Translations under genes and position numbers: made by a program
Assembly (NCBI GenBank): GCA_001600815.1
Contig: BCKZ01000033.1
Coordinates: forward strand, 115,159-135,158
DNA length: 20,000 nt
From: Alloascoidea hylecoeti
Lineage: Eukaryota
Reading direction: 5' to 3'
Shown: piece by piece, positions 12,232 through 20,000 of the stretch
Numbering within the stretch: the stretch's first letter is position 1
Layout of the letters: every line of letters begins with the position of its first letter
Notes under the pieces: generated by a model
What the model was told of the DNA's origin: nothing
The model's database searches: none
Seen by the model: the letters and a program-made list of their open reading frames with translations, nothing else

Positions 12232-13171
12232 CACTGTAGTTTGCGTAAATATCGACCACTTGTAAGTTTAAACATTCGTCCACCCTTGCGTAATATAAAT
12301 ATTAGCCAAATTAGATCGCGTGATGTAAAATATTTGACCATATGACGCAATAAATTTTCGTCTCTCTTTTAAATATTGGGCCACTTCAAGCATAAAGGTT
12401 CGACCACTTCTTGAATAAAGTATTCGTCCACTTCTTGAATTAAATATTGGGCCACACCTTCGACCACCCTGAACCAATTATCGACCACCTACTTTCACAC
12501 AAAATACATGTTAATCTTTTTTAACTCATCATTAATATTTACACATATGCATTGATATTTTTATTCACATACAGTACACATTTTATTCAAAGCTAGTACA
12601 CAACTATTGATCATGACAGTTGGTATAAGTTATATTTATTTCTACATAAACTATTTATTGACAATATAAAAATCTCCTTTTTTAAAGCTTTACATATGAA
12701 TTTAGTAACATAGCAGCAGATTTTGTAATATATATTGTTTTACTGGGATTCAATACTGCTTCCTCGATTCTTTTTTCAAAGTACCTATTTTTCTCTAAAG
12801 AGAAGCATCTAATTATGTTGCATTAATAATTTCCCAGATATTGCGCATGAATAGTTGGTGAAGATAATGTAGTTGAACAACTACACAGCTGGTTAATTAA
12901 AAACTTGAAAGTATAGGTAGCCGAAAATTAGTATAGGATGGTCGAATATTAATTCAATAAGCGGTTGAACCTTTATTGCATGGAGTGGCTAAATATTTAA
13001 TTCAGAGGTGGTCGCATATTAAGTGTAAAACAGTCGGGTATTTATGATCTGGCCTAATATTTAATTAAAAAGTGGACGAATACTTTATCTAATAAGTGGT
13101 CGAACCGTTACGCAGGGCGTGGCCTAATATTTAACTTAAAGTGTGGTCGAATATTTTTACATTAGGCGGTG
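12232..13171. mobile_element. Non-autonomous foldback/MITE-like DNA transposon: two ~265-bp inverted arms built of ~22-24-bp repeats around a ~410-bp AT-rich core
   Basis: The left arm (~12232-12497) has ~11 TCGACCAC-type cores and the right arm (~12909-13171) has ~11 GTGGTCGA-type cores. The reverse complement of ~12370-12453 (tggcccaatatttaattcaagaagtggacgaatactttattcaagaagtggtcgaacc...) closely matches 13050 onward (tggcctaatatttaattaaaaagtggacgaatactttatctaataagtggtcgaacc...). Outer termini are approximate. Confidence 0.7.
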
Positions 13172-13267
13172 TGAGGGAAAAGCTACTTTCTTTATTCCCC
13201 ACATTCCATGATCTGCAAGTTTTATTTCTATTTTTGGGAATACAATTCTGAAGAATATAGATATATA

Positions 13268-13299
13268 CCATCAGTCTACCGGACTAGGATTCCGGACAC
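13268..13299. repeat. Candidate terminal inverted repeat (3' end) of the pogo/Fot1-like element
   Basis: TA|CCATCAGTCTACCGGACTAGGATTCCGGACAC: follows a TA run, contains a doubled CCGGAC motif, and lies ~110 bp beyond the transposase stop. The partner TIR would be outside the window. Confidence 0.35.
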
Positions 13300-13408
13300 A
13301 ACATAATTGATATTTTCAACCACCATTTTCTTAACCAAAAACCAATATAAATTAAATTTGATACTATCACTAAAATCTATTTAATCTCGTAATTCTGATA
13401 ATGATTTT

Positions 13409-14500
13409 TCAATACGCAATTTTTGTGTTTTCTGTTGTGGAGGTGGGATTTTTTCTCCGACCTAAAGTATTCAGCTCAGCAGCACCAATTTCACGACAAG
13501 CATTTTTCTTCGTTATCTCAGGGGAATTATGTGTTATTAGTGCTTTGCCCCTCTTAGAAGTCTTAAGTCCACCCCGGATAGTCTAAGGGATCTTCAAGAA
13601 TTTTGGTGGATGTATTTGATAATAAAGCCTGTTTGCACTCCCCAAGCCAATTCTTCCAAATACGAAACTCATCCTCCGACACATCATATGTTTTCAGCCT
13701 TTCCAACGTTGTTTCATGAGCTTTGTTCACAAACGTTTCGGATTTTTTTGTTTGCCCTTCATCGTTTTCAGCCACCAAACTTCTCCAAATTTCGATAAAA
13801 TCTTCTCGGGGTCCAATGGGTATATTCTGGTTACCTTATAACCAGAACGAATATTTCTAGCTGCTATTGCATCAGATCTGGCCTTCTTATATATTGCAAC
13901 GAATTCTTCTTTTTGTGCTCTATGATTGTTGAGCTTATCTACTAGCATTTCGTCACAAACGTTTTTCAACCTTTTTTTAAGAGGACGAAAGCAAGAAACA
14001 TCCTGCACTTGCGTTAAATAACTAGTGTAGGCAAAATAAAGAGTAGAATGCCATATTTAATGCATTCCATAACTAGGTGAAAGGATATAAGACTTGGATG
14101 CCCATCTAATAAAATAATGTGTTTTTCTTCATGCGCAATATGGGGTAAAAATAATTCATGTAACTGTCTCAACATCAAATCTCCATTTATATAGCTAGAA
14201 CTAGAACATGTAAATACCCAATTCTTTAATGCACTATCTTCATTATCAGGTACCCAAGAAGGTGAGATATCATCATCCACCGTTTTTTAAATATAATGAG
14301 TGGAGCAGTCCTGGAACCATCGGCACACATGCATTCGACAGACGAGATGCACACCTCTCCGGAATTTAATTTGAGCAAACTTCTTTTAAGTAGAGGACAC
14401 AAATCGCTTTTCCCCTTCATCGGTGACTCCAAGCTGGGTACCAGTTTCCTTCAAGTTCCAAATATGAGATTCTGGTGTTGTTTTGATAGCCTGATGGAGC
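13409..14500 (-). pseudogene. Decayed pogo/Fot1-type (Tc1/mariner superfamily, DDE_1) transposase, catalytic and C-terminal part, truncated 5' by the LTR element
   Basis: Collinear motifs over several frameshifts and stops: PESHIWNLKETG (~IYNMDETG, first catalytic D lost), VECMCADGSRTAPLIIFK, WVFTCSSSSYINGDL, IILLDGHPS, ILLFILP, QDVSCFRPLKK, NIRSGYKVTRIYPLDP. Confidence 0.9.
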
Positions 14501-14743
14501 TGTGTGTCCCTTCGCAGATATACCTTAAGGAATCTATCACCAAGTGGTTCGAAATTACTTATAAGATCTTTTTGTTAGAGTTACACGCTACGACGAACTG
14601 ATGTCAATTAATTTCTAATAAAACTTAAAACTTTTATTTCAAATATAAATACTTTTATTTATCGTTGACTAAATTTCGGCCAATAATAATTCTAAATTCG
14701 TGGATGCGTTGAGATTCTACTTTTCTGATATACTTCTCATACA
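14501..14743 (-). repeat. 3' LTR of the Ty3-like element (~243 bp; alternative end at 14476, 268 bp)
   Basis: Starts TGTATG immediately after the PPT. It ends either ...CACACA at 14501 (5/6 inverted match to TGTATG, with transposase-like LHQAIK resuming after it) or ...AACAACA at 14476. An AT-rich TATTTATA/AATAAA segment lies inside. Confidence 0.7.
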
Positions 14744-14755
14744 CTCCTCCCTTTT
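14744..14755 (-). promoter_or_regulatory. Polypurine tract (plus-strand primer)
   Basis: AAAAGGGAGGAG between the pol stop (14759) and the TG of the LTR. Confidence 0.9.
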
Positions 14756-14758
14756 AAA

Positions 14759-17700
14759 CTAGGACGTCCCCGTCCTATCCTCCCTATTCTGTTCAGCTTT
14801 CTTCCTTAGGAACTCGTCGTAATATCTTGACTTCATCTGGTTCTTCAATTTTTCTGGTGCTAATTCAAATTCTCTAAAGGTTAGTTCTGATGGGGCGTGG
14901 GGATCACAATCCGTCCAGGTTACTGTGCTAATTCTGGTCAATTCGTTATACTTAATCAATTTTTTCATTTCGCCTATTCTTTGTCTATTTTCCTTAGGTG
15001 TCTTTGGTGGTACCTTGTTATAATCTTGGGTGTTATTGTATTCCTTGAGCCATTTTATGTTAATGTTTCGCCATCGGTTCTTTATTGTTCTGAAGTCTAT
15101 TTGATATGTATTCTCGTTCATCACATTTATTATCTCGTATGGTCCTTCATAAATTGGCTTTAATTTCTTGTTCTCTGCTGGAATACCTTTGTTTTTTCTA
15201 TCTATTAATACCCAATCTCCTTTTTTGTACCTATTTGCTCTTCTTTTCTTATTAGTTTGTTCTTCTTGTTCTTTTTGAGCATCTGCCATATGGTCCCTAA
15301 TTCTCTGTAANATTGCCTTCATTTTCTCTACTTTTTCTTCTGCTGACATTGACTTCCTCGTTAAGGTTACTGTTTCGAATTCTCTNGGGTCTGCTGGTTC
15401 ATAACCTAANTCTGCCATGAATGGTGAACAATTGATCGATTTCTGGTAACTACTGTTGTACGCAAATTCTAATATTGGTAGGTACTCTTCCCAGTCGTCG
15501 TTTTCCTTACTCACATACGCTCTCAACATCTGGTTCAAAATTTTGTTTAGTCTCTCCGTCTGGCCATCCGTGTCGGGGTGGTTAACTGTTGAAAAGTCTA
15601 ATAATGTTCCGAGTAGCTCATGTATTGTTCTCCAAAAGGCTCCTAAAAATCGAATGTCTCTATCTGAAATTATGTTCTTTGGTGTACCATGCAGGCGGAA
15701 AATCTGTTCTACAAACAATTTTGCTGCCCCCTCCCCCGTTAATTCTTTGCTTGTGGCAATAAAGTGCCCTCGCTTTGTTAGTCTATCTATAACAACAAAA
15801 ATAGCATTATGTCCCTTCTTATTCTTCGGGATACCTGTAACAAAATCCATTGATATTTGTTCCCATCTTTCTTTTGGTATCGGTAAGGGCATTAATAGAC
15901 CTTGAGTGGCTCGGGTTGTCGATTTAACGGTTTGGCATGTATAGCACTTATTAATATATCTTTTAATCTGTTTGAACATATTTTTCCAGTAATATTTCTT
16001 AGCGATCAGTAAGTATGTCTTGTAGTATCCAAAGTGTCCACTTAGGGGTGAATCGTGTCCCAACTTCATGATTTTCTGTTTCACTTGGCCATTGGGCGTG
16101 TCTGGCACACAAATTCTTACTTCATCGTCATCCCCTATGGTAGTGTTGAANANTAGCAATCCTTCAACTATTGAATAATGTCTAATATAAGCATTCATTT
16201 TCTTCGGTATTTCTTTCTTGTTCTTTAAAATGTCATAAATTTCTGCAAAGTCTTTATCATTTTCGTACTGTTTCTTAATTTCTTCTAACAATTCTTGGTT
16301 AGCCTCTACTGTACTAAGTTCCGTTGCGTTCACTTCGAAGTTTACTCTACTTAAGGCATCTGCTGCTGAATTTGTTTTACCAGGTATATACTTAATGGTA
16401 AAATTAAATTCCGCCAGGAAGTCTATCCACCTAGCAATTCTGCTTTTATTCAGTTGCTTTTGTTGGTGAATATATTGTAATGAATTATGGTCTGTCTGTA
16501 ACACAAAGTGGTTGTCCTTTAAGTAATATTCCCACTCCTTCAGTGCAAACACTACCGCCATAAATTCTTTCTCCCTTGTTGGATAATTCAGTTCTGCTTT
16601 CTGTAGCTTCTTGGAAGCGTAACCCACTACTCCTATCAGTTTTCCATCTATTGTCTTTTCCTCTAGCGTAGCCCCTAATGATATATCGCACGCGTCTGTA
16701 GTCACTACAAATACTCTATCACCTTGTTGTGGTATTTGTGGTACTACTAAAATTGGTTCAGATGACAATTTCTGCTTTAATTCTTCAAAAGCTATGTCGC
16801 ATTCTCCGTCCCACTCTCTGGCTTTGTTCGCGAATTCTATCATTGGCTTTGCTATCTTTGAGTACTGTGCAATAAATCTTCTGTAGTAGTTGGCTAGTCC
16901 TAGAAATGATTGTGCCTCTTTATCGTTTTTGGGTACCGGCCATTCCTTAATGGTGGCTACTTTCTTGTTATCCGGCATGATCCCATTACTGGTGATTTTA
17001 TGTCCTAAAAAGTCTAATTCCTTCAACATAAATGCACATTTCTTCTTCTTCGCTCGTAACTTGTTGGCTCTAAGTTTCTCCAATACCAGTTTTACATGCT
17101 CTTCGTGCTCTTTCTCGTTCCTTGAGTATATCAAGATGTCATCTAAATATACTATCACAAATTTGCCTTTAAACTCTGCTAAAACATCATTCATAACGTA
17201 CTGAAAGGTGGCCGGGGCGTTAGTTAACCCAAATGGCATTACATTCCATTCAAAATGTCCATCTTTCGTTGTAAAGCCTGTTTTTGCTCTATCTGATTCA
17301 TTTATAACAATTTGATGATAGCCTGACATCAAATCTAACTTAGAGAATACTTTAGCACCCTGTAATTGATCTAGTAGGTCATTGATTACCGGTAAAGGAT
17401 ACCTATTCTTAATCGTTTGGTTGTTAAGAAGCCTATAATCAACACATAACCTCATGCTACCATCTTTCTTCTTCACAAATAATACTGGTGCCGAATATGG
17501 GGACTGTGACCTGGATATTGACCCATTCTCCAACAGCTCTCTTAGCTGTCGTTGTAGTTCTTCATTATCCTTATATGACATTCTATAAGGAGCTCTAGCC
17601 GGTGGTTTAGACCCTTCCATTATCTCTATGTTATGATAAAACTGGTGCTGTCTTTCCGGTACTCCTTTTGGTTGTATATTGGTCACAACGTCTTCATATC

Positions 17701-17788
17701 CGCTCAGGAATTTAGGTAGTTCTGGTTCTGGTTTGGTTGATTCTATTACTTCGTTCACTTCCAACGGTTCTTCGCCTATGTTTCCACC
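14759..17788 (-). CDS. pol: Pol ORF: reverse transcriptase, RNase H and integrase, without protease and without an ATG at its start
   Basis: RT: LCVDYRLLN, FSKLDLMSGYHQI, MPFGLTNAP, YLDD. RNase H: TDAC, EKEFMAVV, TDH, ADALSR. IN: H-H-C-C (HDSPLSGH...CYTC), SMDF / ISDRD / GQTER DDE triad, GPY motif and a Ty3-like C-terminal tail. The frame is open from 17788 (TAA at 17791-17789). Confidence 0.95.
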   Translation of the reverse strand, partial: GGNIGEEPLEVNEVIESTKPEPELPKFLSGYEDVVTNIQPKGVPERQHQFYHNIEIMEGSKPPARAPYRMSYKDNEELQRQLRELLENGSISRSQSPYSAPVLFVKKKDGSMRLCVDYRLLNNQTIKNRYPLPVINDLLDQLQGAKVFSKLDLMSGYHQIVINESDRAKTGFTTKDGHFEWNVMPFGLTNAPATFQYVMNDVLAEFKGKFVIVYLDDILIYSRNEKEHEEHVKLVLEKLRANKLRAKKKKCAFMLKELDFLGHKITSNGIMPDNKKVATIKEWPVPKNDKEAQSFLGLANYYRRFIAQYSKIAKPMIEFANKAREWDGECDIAFEELKQKLSSEPILVVPQIPQQGDRVFVVTTDACDISLGATLEEKTIDGKLIGVVGYASKKLQKAELNYPTREKEFMAVVFALKEWEYYLKDNHFVLQTDHNSLQYIHQQKQLNKSRIARWIDFLAEFNFTIKYIPGKTNSAADALSRVNFEVNATELSTVEANQELLEEIKKQYENDKDFAEIYDILKNKKEIPKKMNAYIRHYSIVEGLLXFNTTIGDDDEVRICVPDTPNGQVKQKIMKLGHDSPLSGHFGYYKTYLLIAKKYYWKNMFKQIKRYINKCYTCQTVKSTTRATQGLLMPLPIPKERWEQISMDFVTGIPKNKKGHNAIFVVIDRLTKRGHFIATSKELTGEGAAKLFVEQIFRLHGTPKNIISDRDIRFLGAFWRTIHELLGTLLDFSTVNHPDTDGQTERLNKILNQMLRAYVSKENDDWEEYLPILEFAYNSSYQKSINCSPFMAXLGYEPADXREFETVTLTRKSMSAEEKVEKMKAXLQRIRDHMADAQKEQEEQTNKKRRANRYKKGDWVLIDRKNKGIPAENKKLKPIYEGPYEIINVMNENTYQIDFRTIKNRWRNINIKWLKEYNNTQDYNKVPPKTPKENRQRIGEMKKLIKYNELTRISTVTWTDCDPHAPSELTFREFELAPEKLKNQMKSRYYDEFLRKKAEQNREDRTGTS

Positions 17789-17862
17789 TTATCTCATTTT
17801 ATTAATATCCTATCACATAATCCATTAAAATTCACTAAATAATCCTAACCCTTTTTACACCT

Positions 17863-19050
17863 CTAATTATTCAATACATAATATTTTAGTTGTACTCGTC
17901 CCCAGCTATTGTGTCTTATTTCTTTCAAGAATTCTTTTACACCAAGGGTCTGGCACTTAACTGACTCAGGTTCATTACTTCTGAGGCTGGGTTCACAGGT
18001 TCTACGATTAGTGATTAGTCTGGTTATATCTTTCAAAACTTCAAATACTTTATTATTATTTTTCTTTACTTCTTTACTTAAATTCATAATTTCTTTACTT
18101 AAAATCTTAACTTCTTTACTTTCTTCTTTCTTATTTATATCTTTAACTATTTCTTTTGATGTGACAAGGCTTGGTGTTCTATTTTTCATACTACTAAAAT
18201 CACATACATTATTTTTTAATACAAATTTTCTTGCCATATTCTCCTTTATAATCAGGCCCTTGACTCTGGGTTCTGACTCTTCTTTTCCTTTGGCATCTTG
18301 TTTCTTTTCTAAATCAATATTTTTTCTTCCACTCGCCATTGTGGGTCTTTTTGGGTTTTTATAATTTTTTTTGTTTTTTATATTTTTAACATTTTTTTCT
18401 AATTTTTCTGCCTTGTCTTTTGCATCTTTTGTAAAACTTTCTATTTTTTTTAAATCTACTTCTTTGATCTCTGGCTGTTCCATGCTTAATATTTTCTTCG
18501 GGTCCTCTTCTTTTTGTTCATTATAAATGAATGGTCTTCCTAAATATACTTGATGGCTGAGTCCTTCTGTTACCCAGAAATCCATCTTCCAGTACCTATT
18601 TTCATAATTTAGTTCTAATTTGACCACTCCTGTTACCAGCATCTCGTTACTAGCTTGTGCTGTATTTAGAACCCTTGGAACCGCCAACTGCCAGACTGTA
18701 TTTGAGGCACCCACCAATTCTACAGCGCGAGTATCTATTAACATTGAAGAGCAACCAGAATCTATAAGGCATGGCACTATTTTACCATTAATTTGGAATG
18801 GAATTTCCTTTAACATCATGTTCAGGGGTACTTCTTCTTCTAAATCTTGACCTAATTCTGGGGTTCCCTTCGTACTACGCATTGTGGTACTAGCTGTTGT
18901 TACTATTACATCCTTTGTTCCCAACTTCGGTATCACCCTTGGCTGGGTTGGTCTGTCTTTCGTTAACAACTGGGGGCCTTTTATACCAATATTACCGGTC
19001 TTATTTAATATTGGTTTCCTTTTGGGCAATTTTGCTTGCTGTGCCCTTTC
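17863..19050 (-). CDS. Aspartic protease ORF with a long Lys-rich C-terminal extension, in the -1 frame relative to gag
   Basis: LIDSGC catalytic motif (DSG at 18762-18754) and VYLGRPF (~ILG.PF). The ORF is open from after the TGA at 19053-19051 to the TAG at 17865-17863 and overlaps the gag end by ~45 nt. Confidence 0.9.
   Translation of the reverse strand, partial: ERAQQAKLPKRKPILNKTGNIGIKGPQLLTKDRPTQPRVIPKLGTKDVIVTTASTTMRSTKGTPELGQDLEEEVPLNMMLKEIPFQINGKIVPCLIDSGCSSMLIDTRAVELVGASNTVWQLAVPRVLNTAQASNEMLVTGVVKLELNYENRYWKMDFWVTEGLSHQVYLGRPFIYNEQKEEDPKKILSMEQPEIKEVDLKKIESFTKDAKDKAEKLEKNVKNIKNKKNYKNPKRPTMASGRKNIDLEKKQDAKGKEESEPRVKGLIIKENMARKFVLKNNVCDFSSMKNRTPSLVTSKEIVKDINKKEESKEVKILSKEIMNLSKEVKKNNNKVFEVLKDITRLITNRRTCEPSLRSNEPESVKCQTLGVKEFLKEIRHNSWGRVQLKYYVLNN
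18985..19026 (-). promoter_or_regulatory. Putative -1 programmed ribosomal frameshift signal (gag to protease)
   Basis: Heptamer C CCA AAA (19026-19020) is in the gag frame. After GGAA comes a perfect 10-bp stem ACCAATATTA / TAATATTGGT with an 11-nt loop (19015-18985). An overlapping second candidate is A GGA AAC. Confidence 0.75.
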
Positions 19051-19946
19051 TCATGGCAGTGGAAACATCTGCCTTCTCTCTTTAAGAGATTGAGTTCTTT
19101 CCAGTTCAATCTCTTCCCGGGGGTCAGTGCTGCCACTGACATTTCGGTATCCCCGTCTGCATCTACCCGTCTCTCGCCATAGTTGTTATATCTATGTTGG
19201 GTCCCTCGTCGTCCTTCATTTCTGTAATCTGGTCTTCTGGGACCTCTATCCTGTCTCCAGGAATTTTCTCGGTAGACGCGTTCTTGTCTATCGGTCAAGT
19301 GTCGTATTTCCTCCAGGCGGACCGCTTTTGTCATACAGTCTTCTAGTGAATCCGGACGGTCCTCATATAATTTGATTCTTGTGTATGGTTTTAACCCATC
19401 TATGAACTGTTGTATTTTAATCGATTCTTCGATGGGAGGGACTAGTCGTGAGAGTCGCGAGAATTCTGTTGCGTATTCACTGGCCGTGCCAGTTTGTCTC
19501 AACTGTAAGTAACTTCTTACCAAATTACTTTCGTAATTTACTGGGTAGAAGGTCCTTTTTACCAATCTCTCGAACTCTTCGTACGTCCCGTCTCTCACCA
19601 ATCTTGGGTACGTATCTAGGTACCAAGAGAATGCCTCTTCGCTTAAGTAGTTCGACGCACACTCTATTCTGTAACCGTCCTCGATGTCCGCCGGGTAGGC
19701 CCTAAACAACTGTGCCAGTCTCGCAAACCAAGTGTCTATGAATTGGGGGTCTCTAGTGCCCTTGAACACTTCAATTCTTGGCGGGGGCAATGGGTAAGGG
19801 TTTGCTTGTGTAGCTAGGTATGGCGCGGGTCCTGGCGTAGACCTTTGCGCATGCCCAAAGTTGTTGTTATCTGTCATTGCGCTAACAACAGATTCGCTCT
19901 CGGTCGTGGTAATGTCTTCTTCTGGGTTATACCCAAGTAGTACCAT
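19005..19946 (-). CDS. gag: Gag (capsid and nucleocapsid), 313 aa
   Basis: Retrotransposon-gag features: FKGTRDP...WF, A..YLSEEA..WY, the major-homology-like LQLRQTGTASEYATEF, FIDGLK, and the zinc knuckle CFHCHEKGHSKQNC. Confidence 0.95.
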   Translation of the reverse strand: MVLLGYNPEEDITTTESESVVSAMTDNNNFGHAQRSTPGPAPYLATQANPYPLPPPRIEVFKGTRDPQFIDTWFARLAQLFRAYPADIEDGYRIECASNYLSEEAFSWYLDTYPRLVRDGTYEEFERLVKRTFYPVNYESNLVRSYLQLRQTGTASEYATEFSRLSRLVPPIEESIKIQQFIDGLKPYTRIKLYEDRPDSLEDCMTKAVRLEEIRHLTDRQERVYRENSWRQDRGPRRPDYRNEGRRGTQHRYNNYGERRVDADGDTEMSVAALTPGKRLNWKELNLLKREGRCFHCHEKGHSKQNCPKGNQY

Positions 19947-19988
19947 TAATTTCTCTCGGTTCGGTTAGTATGTAACTCTTAGAAGCGC

Positions 19989-19996
19989 CGCTACCA
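19989..19996 (-). promoter_or_regulatory. Primer binding site, initiator tRNA-Met type
   Basis: TGGTAGCG, complementary to the 3' end of yeast tRNA-iMet and the same short PBS as Ty3, about 45 nt upstream of the gag ATG. Confidence 0.85.
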
Positions 19997-20000
19997 GTCT

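Larger units (their letters stand above)
14501..20000 (-). mobile_element. Ty3/gypsy (Metaviridae) LTR retrotransposon; 5' LTR lies just beyond the window end
   Basis: On the minus strand, in order: PBS, gag, PR, RT-RH-IN, PPT, LTR beginning TGT. Confidence 0.97.

Noticed and set aside
12250..13160. CRISPR-like array (regularly spaced short repeats)
   Set aside because: The context is eukaryotic, the units are tandem and degenerate with no unique spacers, the two arrays are inverted, and there are no cas genes.
17789..17865. Second simple -1 frameshift or single stop readthrough from PR into RT
   Set aside because: The ORFs do not overlap and every frame has several stops around the gap.
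17789..17877. Simple short sense-strand intron from GTATTG (17877) to AAG or TAG joining PR and RT
   Set aside because: The donor is phase 0 but the nearby acceptors are phase 1, so the product would be out of frame, and there is no CTAAC branch on that strand.
14296..19705. Plus-strand ORFs opposite the transposase, LTR, pol, PR and gag (e.g. 14296..14601, 15456..15905, 17909..18364)
   Set aside because: Antisense shadows of real coding frames. The Phe/Leu richness of 17909..18364 simply mirrors Lys codons, so it is not an env-like gene.
19964..19970. Perfect TACTAAC branch motif in the retrotransposon leader
   Set aside because: No YAG acceptor before the gag ATG (only GAG), and splicing there would remove the PBS. 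Probably chance.

Overview
AT-rich fungal, probably ascomycete yeast, genomic DNA; the spliceosomal introns have GTAWG donors and CTAAC branch points. The left half holds host genes: the 3' part of a SIR2/HST1-type sirtuin, a small secreted putative GPI-anchored protein, an intron-containing Fta4/Nkp1-like kinetochore gene, and a ~2180-aa Ser/Asn-rich low-complexity gene with a short 5' exon missed by the ORF track. A probable fossil LINE reverse transcriptase lies between them. The right half is a transposon nest: a ~0.94-kb foldback/MITE-like element with modular inverted arms, and a decayed pogo/Fot1-type DDE transposase into which an otherwise intact-looking Ty3-like LTR retrotransposon has inserted. 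The most unusual feature is that retrotransposon's three-ORF gag / protease / RT-RH-IN layout. Gag to protease has a -1 slippery site plus a 10-bp hairpin. Protease and RT are separated by a spacer blocked in all three frames, which lies inside a 108-nt stretch with no C on the sense strand, so pol expression needs splicing, bypassing or internal initiation, or this copy is dead.
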